64,000 nucleotides of DNA. Source: Amphiscolops sp. MND2022 (lineage: Eukaryota). Of the stretch, positions 53,283 through 64,000 are shown in pieces. Below the pieces are notes generated by a model. It saw only the letters and a list, made by a program, of their open reading frames with translations. It was not told the origin of the DNA and made no database searches. Both the position numbers and the translations under genes were made by a program. The stretch is from contig OZ076409.1 in NCBI GenBank assembly GCA_964187785.1, positions 83,268,001 through 83,332,000 on the forward strand, in the 5' to 3' direction. How positions within the stretch are numbered: the first letter of the stretch is position 1; each line of letters begins with the position of its first letter.

Positions 53283-54367
53283 CCAACCCTACCCCTCGTA
53301 TGGTTCCTGAGTTTCTTACTGGACGACCCACACAATCCCGAGATAACCCACAAAGCCAAGACACTATAGATCCTCAGTCTCCGACTACGTCACCCCAAGA
53401 CCAGGAGACCATTGGTCACAGTCTGGCTATAGTCACGCCTTGCTAATGTTCTAACGGGCATGACCAATAAGCAAACCCCACAAACACTCATGGTACGACC
53501 CGTCAGTACAACTACACTGACCTTTGACGGGAAATCTGAAAAATTCGAACTTTTTGAAGACCTTTTTCATACAATGATAAAAATGCAACCAGAAATGACT
53601 GAAACAATGAAAATTAACCACTTTCATTCCCTCCTACGTAAAAATGCACTACAAACCTTTCGTAACATCAACTCTGCCAATAGGCAGACACTAGAAGACG
53701 TACTCGCGGTCTTCCGACGAAAGTACGTCAAGCCGGAATCTCAAGCCACTGCCAAACACAAATGGCATAAATTAGTGTTCGACCCCAACACTATGAAACT
53801 TCCTGATTTTCTCGAAGAACTCAACCAGGGAGCAGAGAAAGCGTTTGGGGAAAATGCCCAAGCAATGATAGACAGCCTTTTATACGCTAAACTGCCCCCC
53901 AAACTCAAGAGATCGGTCAATATGGCACGGCTTGAGAATGCCTCATATGAAGAGATCGTTACCCATTTGGAACGCGAACTCGAACTCAACGGACTTGAGG
54001 GAGGTGACGACATTACTGTACCTACAATGTCTACTGCCCCTACAGCGACACGACCGGGAACTGGCCTCCTCTCTTCTGGCATTGATCCCAATATCACCTG
54101 CAATTACTGCAAAAAACCTGGCCACGTCAAAGACGAATGCCGAAAACTCAAACGAAAGGAGGAACAACGACGCAATGATGGGCAGGATACTAAAAAAGAA
54201 TATCCCAAATGCCCAACGTGCGACAAAACAAACCACCCGGCGGAACGATGTTGGAAAGGCGCTGGAACCCACCTCAAGCCCAAAAACCTCAAAATCGAAG
54301 ACGCAAAACCAGACAACACGTCTCCCAGCCAATCCGAAACCATTAACAAACAAACTACTTCTATCTT

Positions 54368-54383
54368 AAAAAACCCAAAAAAC
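54368..54383 (+). promoter_or_regulatory. -1 ribosomal frameshift site: two in-phase A-AAA-AAC heptamers
   Basis: A AAA AAC at 54368-54374 and 54377-54383, just before gag TAG (54384-54386); pol is in the -1 frame. Confidence 0.8.
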
Positions 54384-57300
54384 TAGATTTGCCACGACTC
54401 CAATTTGATACAAAATTACGCGTCCGACAATATATAATTTCTGATCCGTCTACTGTATTCTACACTGAATATTATTCACCACTCAAGGGCATATCATCAG
54501 CTGACTGGCAGCAGCAAATGAGAAACATCCCTAACCAATTCTGCACTGTGGACCTTAGGTCCAACGGACTTGACTCGACTTCATGCTTCATCCGTCCTCT
54601 TCCAGAAATACCAGACTATTACCCCTATTATACAGATCCGGACTACATCATTGACCCCTACTGGGACATCCATCTCTACAATCAACATCATTTATCCTTC
54701 TATACCGACTTCACCAAACATCCAACAAATATTGAACCTGATTGTCCGGCAACCGATAGTGCCCTTAACAGCGTTCTAAAGAACGCATCAGTCGATGCCT
54801 GGGAAACTAAACCCAATCCCTGCACTCTAACGGCACAGCACACCCAGGGACACCAATTTGACAGCTTGGGACCACAGGTCTCTTTGACTACAGCAGTCGA
54901 AGCACGATTTACGAACACACTGGTCACCAGACAAGGTGAACCAGACTACGTACCGCTGACAACCAATCTCGGACTCAAATACAAAAGACGAATGTTCTAT
55001 TTTCCAATGGATTTCGGCGAACTTACATTAGATGGCCTTGTAGACACGGGGGCACTATCTAGCGCAATCCCTGAAGCTGATCTACGTAAACTCCGATTAT
55101 TAGCCCCTCAGTCAATTGTCAAAGAGGGCCCTGCACCCAACTTCCAAATAATGGTAGCCAATGGGCAATTAGAAACTCCAAAGAGCACAGTCGAATTAAA
55201 ATTTGAAGTCGGTGACATTGAATTTCACGAAATCTTCATTGTCATGGAAAAATTGACAAGCCCATTGATTGGCCTTTCGTTTTTACAACGAAACAATACC
55301 ATACTGGACATGCGTCAGGGAGTCCTAAACTTCCCATTCTTCTCCATGCAATTGAAAACGGCGGATCACAAGTACACTAATGTCATGGAACCTATCTGTA
55401 CCCAGGAGGATATTACAATTCCCCCTAATGATAGACAAATGGTAACACTGACATCCCAAATGTACGACGATACCACTGTAACCGGCATCCTCTAACCGAG
55501 CAATGCACTCACTGAGGATGGCGATGTCGCCTTTTGCGCGGCATTAGTCACACTGACCTCCGGTCAAGTAGAAATTCCGCTCAATAATTTCACTGACCAC
55601 CCTTATACACTCAAGAGAGGTTCGCACATTGCCAATTTCTCTGTCATGACTCCAGGGCAGATGAAATACGTTAAACCCATCGACCCAGTGACCACATGGA
55701 ACCTCTTACAGGATGATCCTGAAAATGCGGCTTTCTATGTCAGCAGCTTGATTAAATCTTCCAAACCAGAAGATTTTAAAGAAAGTTATTGGTTCCCTAC
55801 TCCAGAGGACCCTGGGGATCCACAACAACACACACCCATTCAAAAACGGATACTGAAGGAAATACTCAATCTTCAGGAAGTTGAAAAACTGAATCCTCAG
55901 GAAGACCCTGAGTCCAGACGACAATTCTTGACCAACTTTGATTGGACTGATTCGACACTGCAACCAAATGAAATTGCACGCATTGAGGACTTACTTGTCG
56001 AATTCCACGACATATTTGCGAGACACCGCTTTGACATTGGCATGAACGAGGAATTCACGGTTAAACTTACGCCAAAAGACGATTCCCCGGCCTATAGCCA
56101 AAGCTTACCGACACCTATCAACCTCAAGGAAGACATCCTTGTTGAATTAGCTCTCCTACAGCGCTATGGGATTATCACAACACTCCCATTCTCCAAATAT
56201 GCCAGTCCCATTTTTGCCCAAAAGAAACCAAATGGTAAATTGCGACTATTAGTTGACCTTCGGAAAATAAACAACCTTATTTCAGATGACTATATCAACA
56301 ATAATCATCCTGTCAGTACGCTTAGTGATGCAGCTCAACACATGTCAGGCAAAAAACTCTTTTGCAAGCTAGATTGCTCACAGGCATATCATTGCCTGCC
56401 AATGGCGGACCAACGGTCCATAGAGATGTTGGCGTTCAATTTCGCTAGCAGAACTTTCGCCTACCGCCGATTAGCTCAAGGTCTCAGCCGTGCTTTGTCA
56501 GCCTTTTCTAGCTTTATGCGAGAATACCTCGACAAAGTTATCAAGGCCGATCAATGCGCGCAATACGTCGATGACATCGGCATTGCCGCCAATGATGCAG
56601 AACAACTCATCAAAAACCTCCGGGCCACTTTCCAATGCATTAGACATGCAGGCCTGAAGCTCACTATGCACAAGTGCCATTTCGGAGCCACGGAAATCGA
56701 CTTCCTGGGTCGAACGATCACTCCGGACGGCGTACGTCCACAACGACCACGAGTCCAAAATTTTCTGGAAAAAAACAAAATTCCCGAAATCTAAGAAGGC
56801 ATTACAGCGCTACCTGGGATTCTTAAAGTATTATCGAAAATACATTCCTAGATTATCTGAAAAACTAACACCATTTTTCAAACTGCTCACCAAAGACGAG
56901 AAGGTCATGGTGACCCCGGACCTATTGGACAGATTCTCTGAAATTAACAAAGCTCTCGATCGATGTTGTGAACTAGCACTTAAACAAACTTTGCCCAACA
57001 AACAAATCGCCTTGATGACTGATGCGAGCTTTACGGCGGCTGGATATGCAGTTCTCATCGAGGACGATCCGCTGGAGAAATATACATCAACCAGGAAAGC
57101 ATACGCACCGGTGGCCTACGGCTCCAAGACCTTCAGTCCCGCACAACTCAAGATGTCCATATACGCCAAAGAGTTCCTAGCAATTTTCTTCGCCTTCAAA
57201 GAATTCGGACATATTTTCTGGGGAACACCAAAACCGGTCATTATACTAACGGACAATAAGTCGGTCACTCGCTTTTTTCAAACAAAAATTATTCCACCAT

Positions 57301-59422
57301 CCTTATGGAACGCTTGTGACTATGTAATACAATTTAATTTCACTATTGAACACATTCCCGGCAAGAATAACACAGCCGCGGATTACCTGTCCCGTCTGGA
57401 AATTTCTCCTAAAGAAAAGCTGATTCTTAGAATCCGTGAAGATATACCAACAACACCAATTGAACTCCATGTCCAATCGGCCGGAGTCGCCGAGGAAGAG
57501 CAAATATACTACACCGACGATGACGATGAAACTGAAGAACAAATCTGGCAACGAAAGCAACTGGCAAGAGAAAACCCCTCACATCAGTCACCAGATATCT
57601 CATTTGAAAAATTTGACACCCACCACAGCAATCTACAAAAACTCTCAGTCTGTCAAAAATTGACTAACATCAACACGGTAGCCATAGAACAAAATAACGA
57701 TGTTATCCTTCAACAACTTAAACTCAAACTACAAAACGAAGTGTACTCTGAAACAACCCTTATACAAGATGTTAGATACCAACACTACCTACGTCAGCTG
57801 GACCGCCTGTCCATTCAAAATGACATCATCACCAGACAATACTATGATGAAACAGGAAACGTCAAATACAATCAAATACTCTTACCTAAACACCTGGTAA
57901 ATGATTTCCTTGAATCTCTCCACGGAAAGGCAAATCGACACCCGGGCATTGCCAAGATGCTCCAAGAAATACGATGTAAATATTACTACCCGGGAATAGC
58001 CAAACTAGTCCGCAAATGGGTAAATGGATGCGAAACATGCATTAAAGACAAGAGAATGAGCAATGAATTGATAACTCCTGAACTACTAAATCTACCGGAA
58101 TGGACCTTAGGTCCAGAAGACGCAATGCAAATAGACCTCCTACCGAACCTCCCGCCGAGCGGAGGATATGAGAATATTATTACCGCTATGGACGTCTTCT
58201 CACGATATCTTTTCGCCTATCCAGTCGCTGACGCATCAGCTGCAAATACGGCCAAGGTTATTATCGACATAATGACCAAACACACCTATTTGCCGACCAC
58301 TTTGATAACCGACAAAGGATCTGCATTCACTTCGAAGTTAGTAGCTGAAATTGCGCAAATACTGGGAATTCAGATTCGTTGTGCGACCACAAAACACCCG
58401 CAGACCATAGGGAAATTGGAGAGAACTCATGCAAGTCTCAAAACAAATCTCAAAATGGCCTCCGGGGCGTACAGACGTCAGTGGCATAAATACCTACCTT
58501 TAGCAGTATTAAACTACAATACATCATATCATTCGACATTGGGTTGTGAGCCTTCAAGGATTTTTCATGGCAGAATACCCTACAACATTCTCGATCACAA
58601 ATTAGGACTCAATCCAAATCCTACTATCTTACCAACGACGGATTTTGCAGAAGAGTTTCAACGACGAACGCAAATTTTACTTGACAATACGAAGAAGAAC
58701 ATCATGCAATCTTACTTAAAATACAAGGAGTATTACGACCGGAAGGCTAAAGCTTCGCCTTTAAAGCAAAACGATTATTGTTTTATACTGCAACCTATAG
58801 CGGATCATCAAGGATCAAAAATACCATTTAGAGAATTTAGATGGATAGGTCCTTATGTCATCGAACAGGCCTTGCCTAACGAAAACTATATCGTGCGCAA
58901 ACTCAACTCTATCAAGACACAAATTTTACAGCGCATTCGCCTCTGCAAATATGAACCCAACGTCCCGCTACGTGACGAACGACCCGAAGGCAACTTACAG
59001 CCGGATGAAGAAATTGTTATTCCTCAAGATGACCTATACGTTATCACATGGGAAACCAATTTTGGTGACCTACAGGCTGATCATCGTAACGGAACATATG
59101 ATCAGAACCATGAACGAACTACTAATAGTAGTAATGATACCGAGGCTGTAGAACAGCCCGACCAGATTTTAACAGATGTGGACCTCCGGTCCACGGGACG
59201 TTCGACGACTGACGAAATTTTCCCCAACCCCATATCACAAGAAGATGATGCTCAATCTTTTCATGATGATAAAACTTCTTCAGGGGGAGCGATACTATCG
59301 TGCCCGAAGTATTAGAAAGCGAAAATGATGATATGATTGTAGAAAATGAAAGCCCTAGGGGAGGAAAATACAACCTACGACCTAACCCCACCCCCAACTT
59401 TACTGATGAATACAGATATTAG
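54380..59422 (+). pseudogene. pol: pol: protease, dUTPase-like domain, RT, RNase H, integrase; one stop and two frameshifts
   Basis: LVDTGA (PR); KLDCSQAY and YVDD (RT); TDAS (RH); H-H-CETC, IDL, TDKGSAF, GKLER and GPY (IN). Lesions: TAA at 55493-55495, extra A near 56770, missing base near 59285; restored tail ...KYNLRPNPTPNFTDEYRY*. Confidence 0.93.
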
Positions 59423-59585
59423 CCAGATACATTTATTGCCGGTCCCCATTTACTATTTTGACTCTGAGACCAATCTGACTTTAGACTCAACTACAACATG
59501 AATACAATAATGAAAGACAAATAAAATACAAATAACTACAACAAAGTCAAAAGTTTAGAAGTGTACATATGTACACTATATACAA

Positions 59586-62500
59586 TTAGTCCTTACTGCC
59601 GCATTGGCGTAGACTTTTAGCAGCCTGGGAAACTTCAGAGTCAGAGAGCAGAGTAGTCGGACGAACATTCTTCTTGGAATATTGCAAAGTACTAGGAGAC
59701 TGCTGGACAGAGGCAGACCTAGTGATCCCTTCCTTTCCGGCTGCACTCCTGAATTTGTTTCCAGGGTCCAACTTCGACAAAATAGTGGTCTTTCCGAAAT
59801 TGTCCAGTCCCACCCACGGATTGTATGTGTCGCTTAAAGCACTTCGACCAAAGGAAGATTCCAATTCAAGGAACTCGGAAATGGAAGCGTCAGAAGTAGC
59901 AGACTCAATAGAATTAACCACATGCCCAAAGAAAGACTGAACCGGCAGGATGACGTCAACCAACTTACTAGTAGGATCTTCAGTGTTAGTAGAACTAAAC
60001 TTGACTGGAGGCAAAGGACGAAATGGCTCATCTAAACATAGGCAGGCCAACTTGAAACTCTGCAATAGAAGGGGCCGGGTAGCGAGAGTAGTTTGTTCCA
60101 TAAGGAAATCAATCGTATCAGGAACTAACAATGTAGGTTGGTCGAACTCAGCAAACTTCAGCCGCATTTCATCAATGAAGGATACATATTCCTCTTGAGC
60201 TTGAGACTCCTGGTCGAGAGTGAAATAATTGCGCAGTCTGAATGTAGTAAACAGATTGTTATAACACCTGGTAGCCAAAGTCAAAGGAGATTTCAACATA
60301 ATCTCAAGGTCAAAGCTGCCCAACCCTTGAGCTATGTTGGTGGTGAAGTTAAAGTGGCCTAGAGTCTCTTTGAATAAATGAGTAGTGTAGCTTCTGGCTA
60401 ACCTCCCGAAATCTTCTTTTGCCTTATCCTTAAGCTCGGCAATAGTGGTTTTCTCTCCTTTCTGGTCATGTTGCTCTAGTTCGGCCCTCAGTTTACAAGC
60501 ATGGTCCAACTTAGCACCAAACTTCATACGATTGAGGAAAACTGTCACACTCAGGGCTGGTGCTTTCATGACGTCCAGATCCAAAATCGAAGCCAGCTCA
60601 TCCTCTTCTGGGAGGGCAGATGGCATGACGACGCGCTTGGCCAGTTTACGGAGATACAAACAGAGCTGCCGGAAGGAGTAGAAGGCCCTGTCTCGACGTC
60701 CACTCAAACTGAGAGAGAAGTTGGTAGTATCTGGAACATAAATTGGGACAATATGAGATCAGTAGTCGCGCTAAGTACACAGTACGTTCACATAATCAAA
60801 GTCTGGTGCAACTAAGGTCACTCATAGGACGATTCCAGAAAACCGAATATATTCCACGCCGAATACCATATCAAAGTACTCAATCCCAATAGAGAGTTTT
60901 GCGAATACAAATTTATATGAAAGTACTCACAATCTCGCACCAATTTTCCGAAGAGCTCAAGCCGACAAGGGAAGAATTCGTCATGAATCACCGACCACTC
61001 GAAGTTTTGGGGCTGAAAGAAAACAAGATTGCAGTAGGAACGCCTTATTATCGACCCTGAGTATACAAGAAGAATCGCGACTTACCTGGTTTCTGACTCC
61101 CTGCATCTGTTGTTGAGCAGCGTGAGCGGTTAAAAACCCCGTCACTGATTTCCAGTGGGCCATCAACTCTTGGCACAACGAAGGAATTGAAGATACATCA
61201 AGATTGCCAGTTTTGATTGCCTTTAAAAAGAAAAGAACTACACTGAAGCAGAGTAGGGACCGCACCTGATGAAAGGAAAATATTCCAAAGGTCTAACCTT
61301 GGTTAATTCTGGAGTAAACAAAGTCCATTCCATCTGCAGGGTGCCGCTAAGACAGATGACTAAGTATTGCAAAACGGAAAAGAAATCAATTCGTCCAAAC
61401 ACGCTGTAACTGTCTTTGTGCATCAGTTTTTTGATGGTAATTTCATTGAACAGCGTTGGTCGTTGGACGCCACGTCGACTAAAGGGCGCCCGATCTAGCA
61501 ACTGAACAAGGTTGTGGGTAGCTCCAGAACAACAAACCAGATCAGCTTCGGTGGATACTGCAGCGAGAAGTGTAGCCACTAGTTGCAACTCAGCGGAAGT
61601 CTGTCCATGGACCCTACCGGTCCTCAGCATGTAGACACGGCACAGTCTGTTGGCTTTCCAAAATCGAAGATGAAGCAGTAGGAATACCCCTTGTGGCTCG
61701 AACTCTACTGAATACTGCCCTGCGGTGAGGATTTCGTTACCAAGGATGGGGATAATTTGTTGAAACAAGTGATGAAACAACACCTATAACAGAATCTGTA
61801 AGGAGTACAAGATAGCGGATAAACGCTAAGTAGCAGTGGAAAGATTACAATTGACGGCCTATTTGGTCGAAGTCACAAAACTACGTTCGTATGAAAGCAA
61901 AGAGCCTAGTTAAAACAGAAGATTACTCACAGAAAGTCGGGCAGTATCCCAGTCTATGTCACTGAAGATCGCCTGATGGTTGACTGCTGTACCGATCTGT
62001 TGCCATAACGCCCGTAGGACCTGGATATCCCCAGACAGAGGGAGGAAGTGTCCAAGCACAGATATCTGTATCCTAGCACGATTTTGAGGAGAGGATGTCA
62101 TGTAGTCTCTACCAGCCATAGCGTCGTCATAGAATGGTAGCTTAGTGCCAATGTCAACCAACTCGCTCTCAATGAAATGAGGTAGTTCTAATTGCAATTG
62201 GTAATTAGTAAGAACTCTACCATCTCTTCCCCTGACTTGATATCGCAGCCGTTTGGTAAGAGGGTCTTCAATCGTGAGGTGTTCATACCTCCAACGCTGA
62301 TCCTTTCGGAGATGACGTTCAGTCGAATAATGTCGCAAGATCTCTTTAGGACCCTTGGCTCGGATGGAAACGTTGCATTTGCAAATCTGGCAGTAGATTT
62401 TGTGCTTGTTCCATCGAGGGTCAACTGGACCAGACACGAAAACTCTGGTCCATGGAATAGACTCAAAATACTCCTCCTTCATGACTCTACCAACTCTTCT

Positions 62501-63829
62501 CCTGGGTCGTCCTTGTCCGCTAGTCTTGATTCGAGTAGCTACCCTTTTACACGTTTGCCTCTGCTCGTTTATTGCTTCTTTTCTTACTGCAGCAAGAGTT
62601 TGTGTGCCAGGACTAGATATGGCTGGTGAATCTGTTCTAGACCCAAGGTCTACAAGACCGGCATCTCCTAACGTAGGCGGTGTTGGTAAAGTAACGCTTG
62701 ACTGGAAGTCTGGGTGCGATTCTGCCTCACTTGTGAACCCAATGCTCGAGTTGTCCCTATGGGGGTCAAACGTAATGGCAGATACACTTCCGACATCCGT
62801 GTCAGTATCTATCCCAGAGACAGAACGAGTAGGACGATGAGCCCTAGTCTTAGTATTGCTGCCCAAATTCAGCCTGATCGCCCGCTGAACAACACTGTTT
62901 AACATCTCAAACGAAGCCCTTGCACTCTCGTCAGCAACGATCCTGAGGATGCTGGTAATCTGTTCCTGATTGAACGCGGCGACGGGATGTCCAGGATCAA
63001 GGCAAATTGGATTGGTCTCAGTAAAACACTGTTTTATTATGACCCTACTAGTAGCAGATAATGGGTTTGGGCCTGGATCCTTTCGTACCTCCGAAGGTAC
63101 GGTCTCACTGCTAGAGCCTCCGGGACAAGCGATGTTTTGGACCTCAGCAGGGCGATAGAGGGCTTGAGCAAGAGTAGATCGCGCCAATGAACCTGTGTCA
63201 GTTTCCATTCCAAAACAAGTATCTTCGTCAGTTTGGGACCGGTAGTCCATGGGGACTTGGTTGAACAGCTGTTCATCATGCGAAATATTCTCGGCTGTTT
63301 CTTCCTCCGCTTGTTCCTGTTGAACGACTGTACTGGCAATGGAGACAACTCCTACACCTTGGTCTGGGCCAACCAGCTCGTCCTGTCCCTCAGGGGTTGT
63401 TACTGCAGGGGTGCTTTTCTCGTCAGGCTTGTCTAAAAACACAACTCTAGGGACACCTTCAGGCACTTCTTCATTGGGAAGTAATTCATTCAATCCAGGA
63501 GTGACTGCAAGTGGGTCACTTGTACTGGCTTTGACTTCGTCAGGAGATTCATTGTTTGGGTTTGTGGCAGTAGGCTCGACATTGGCCAATAGTTCAACAG
63601 TCCGACTGATATATGCTTCACAACTTTCCGTATCAGTGGTTGATGACAGTTCAACCAATGACCTTTTCTCCGTTGGTACTTCTGTGACCTCGGGTTCCGG
63701 TGCCTTAGCGGCTTGAGGAGTATCGACTTCCATAATCTCAGTAGCGTCTTGACTAGGTTGGCCGTCCATTTCTGTGTCTAAACGGAAAGAAATAAATTTT
63801 CGCGATCCACTTCCGCTAAAGAAATCCAT
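59586..63829 (-). CDS. Five-exon antisense gene, 1248 aa: acidic low-complexity N-terminus, C-x2-C-x16-H-x5-H zinc finger, degenerate hAT-transposase-like body
   Basis: Exons 63829-61931, 61783-61298, 61220-61086, 61012-60931, 60730-59586. Donors GTGAGT, GTTAGA, GTAAGT, GTGAGT; acceptors TTATAG, TTAAAG, TTTCAG, TTCCAG. Phases 0,0,0,1; 3747 nt with no internal stop; minus-strand AATAAA at 59437-59432. Confidence 0.8.
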
Positions 63830-64000
63830 CTTATCGCGTTAGAGAGTCTTTCGAAAGCAAGTTAATTTTATGTTCACGCTTACGGCTGAATATGTCACGA
63901 TGGAGGAAGTGACCTTAAGTCAATGGAAAGCCCTGATCAAGCTCAAAATTGACAAACCATTTCAAAAGAACAAACCTGATGTTTGTCCAAATTGACACGC

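Larger units (their letters stand above)
52688..54386 (+). pseudogene. gag: gag, split by one frameshift near 53430 (ORFs 52688-53446 and 53460-54386)
   Basis: The second frame is open upstream of its ATG (SRLANVLTG-MTNK); capsid-like TFDGKSEKFELFEDLF; zinc knuckles CNYCKKPGHVKDEC and CPTCDKTNHPAERC. Confidence 0.88.
51820..64000 (+). mobile_element. Large Ty3/Gypsy LTR retrotransposon (5' boundary approximate; 3' LTR not in window)
   Basis: gag with CCHC knuckles followed by PR-RT-RH-IN in Gypsy order; AT-rich upstream region with TATATATA at 52451; CA|TGG junction at 53270/53271. Confidence 0.9.

Noticed and set aside
53741..54369. Overlapping alternative-frame and antisense ORFs within gag (and similar ones over pol and the cargo gene)
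   Set aside because: These are shadows of real coding sequence with no independent motifs.
61221..61266. Alternative donor CAG|GTGCGG at 61266/61265 for the antisense gene
   Set aside because: It gives a 45-nt phase-2 intron and an early stop; the donor at 61298/61297 keeps the frame open.
59586..63829. Retroviral env gene
   Set aside because: It is antisense and spliced, has no signal peptide or clear C-terminal TM anchor, and carries a zinc finger.

Overview
AT-rich, intron-containing eukaryotic (metazoan-looking) DNA, dense in transposons; most short ORFs in the track are spurious. Main contents: (1) a tandem pair of minus-strand, multi-exon genes encoding an LDLRAD2-like signal peptide-CUB-LDLa-TM protein (copy A 22227-36113, 8 exons, 437 aa; copy B 37129-49284, 7 exons found, first exon not located). 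(2) A large, recently decayed Ty3/Gypsy retrotransposon from ~51.8 kb past the window end, with gag (2 zinc knuckles), a -1 frameshift site, PR, a dUTPase-like domain, RT, RNase H and IN. Immediately 3' of pol, with no LTR in between, it appears to carry an intact five-exon ANTISENSE gene (59586-63829, 1248 aa by manual splicing) with a C2H2-like zinc finger and a body resembling a catalytically degenerate hAT-type transposase. Its gag also appears to start inside the 5' LTR and read through the PBS. (3) An older degenerate Gypsy in intron 1 of gene A, a BEL/Pao relic, gag-bearing solo-LTR-like remnants, Helentron-type HINEs, MITEs, palindromes, mini/satellites and tRNA-derived fragments. All splice models and family assignments were made by eye, without database searches.
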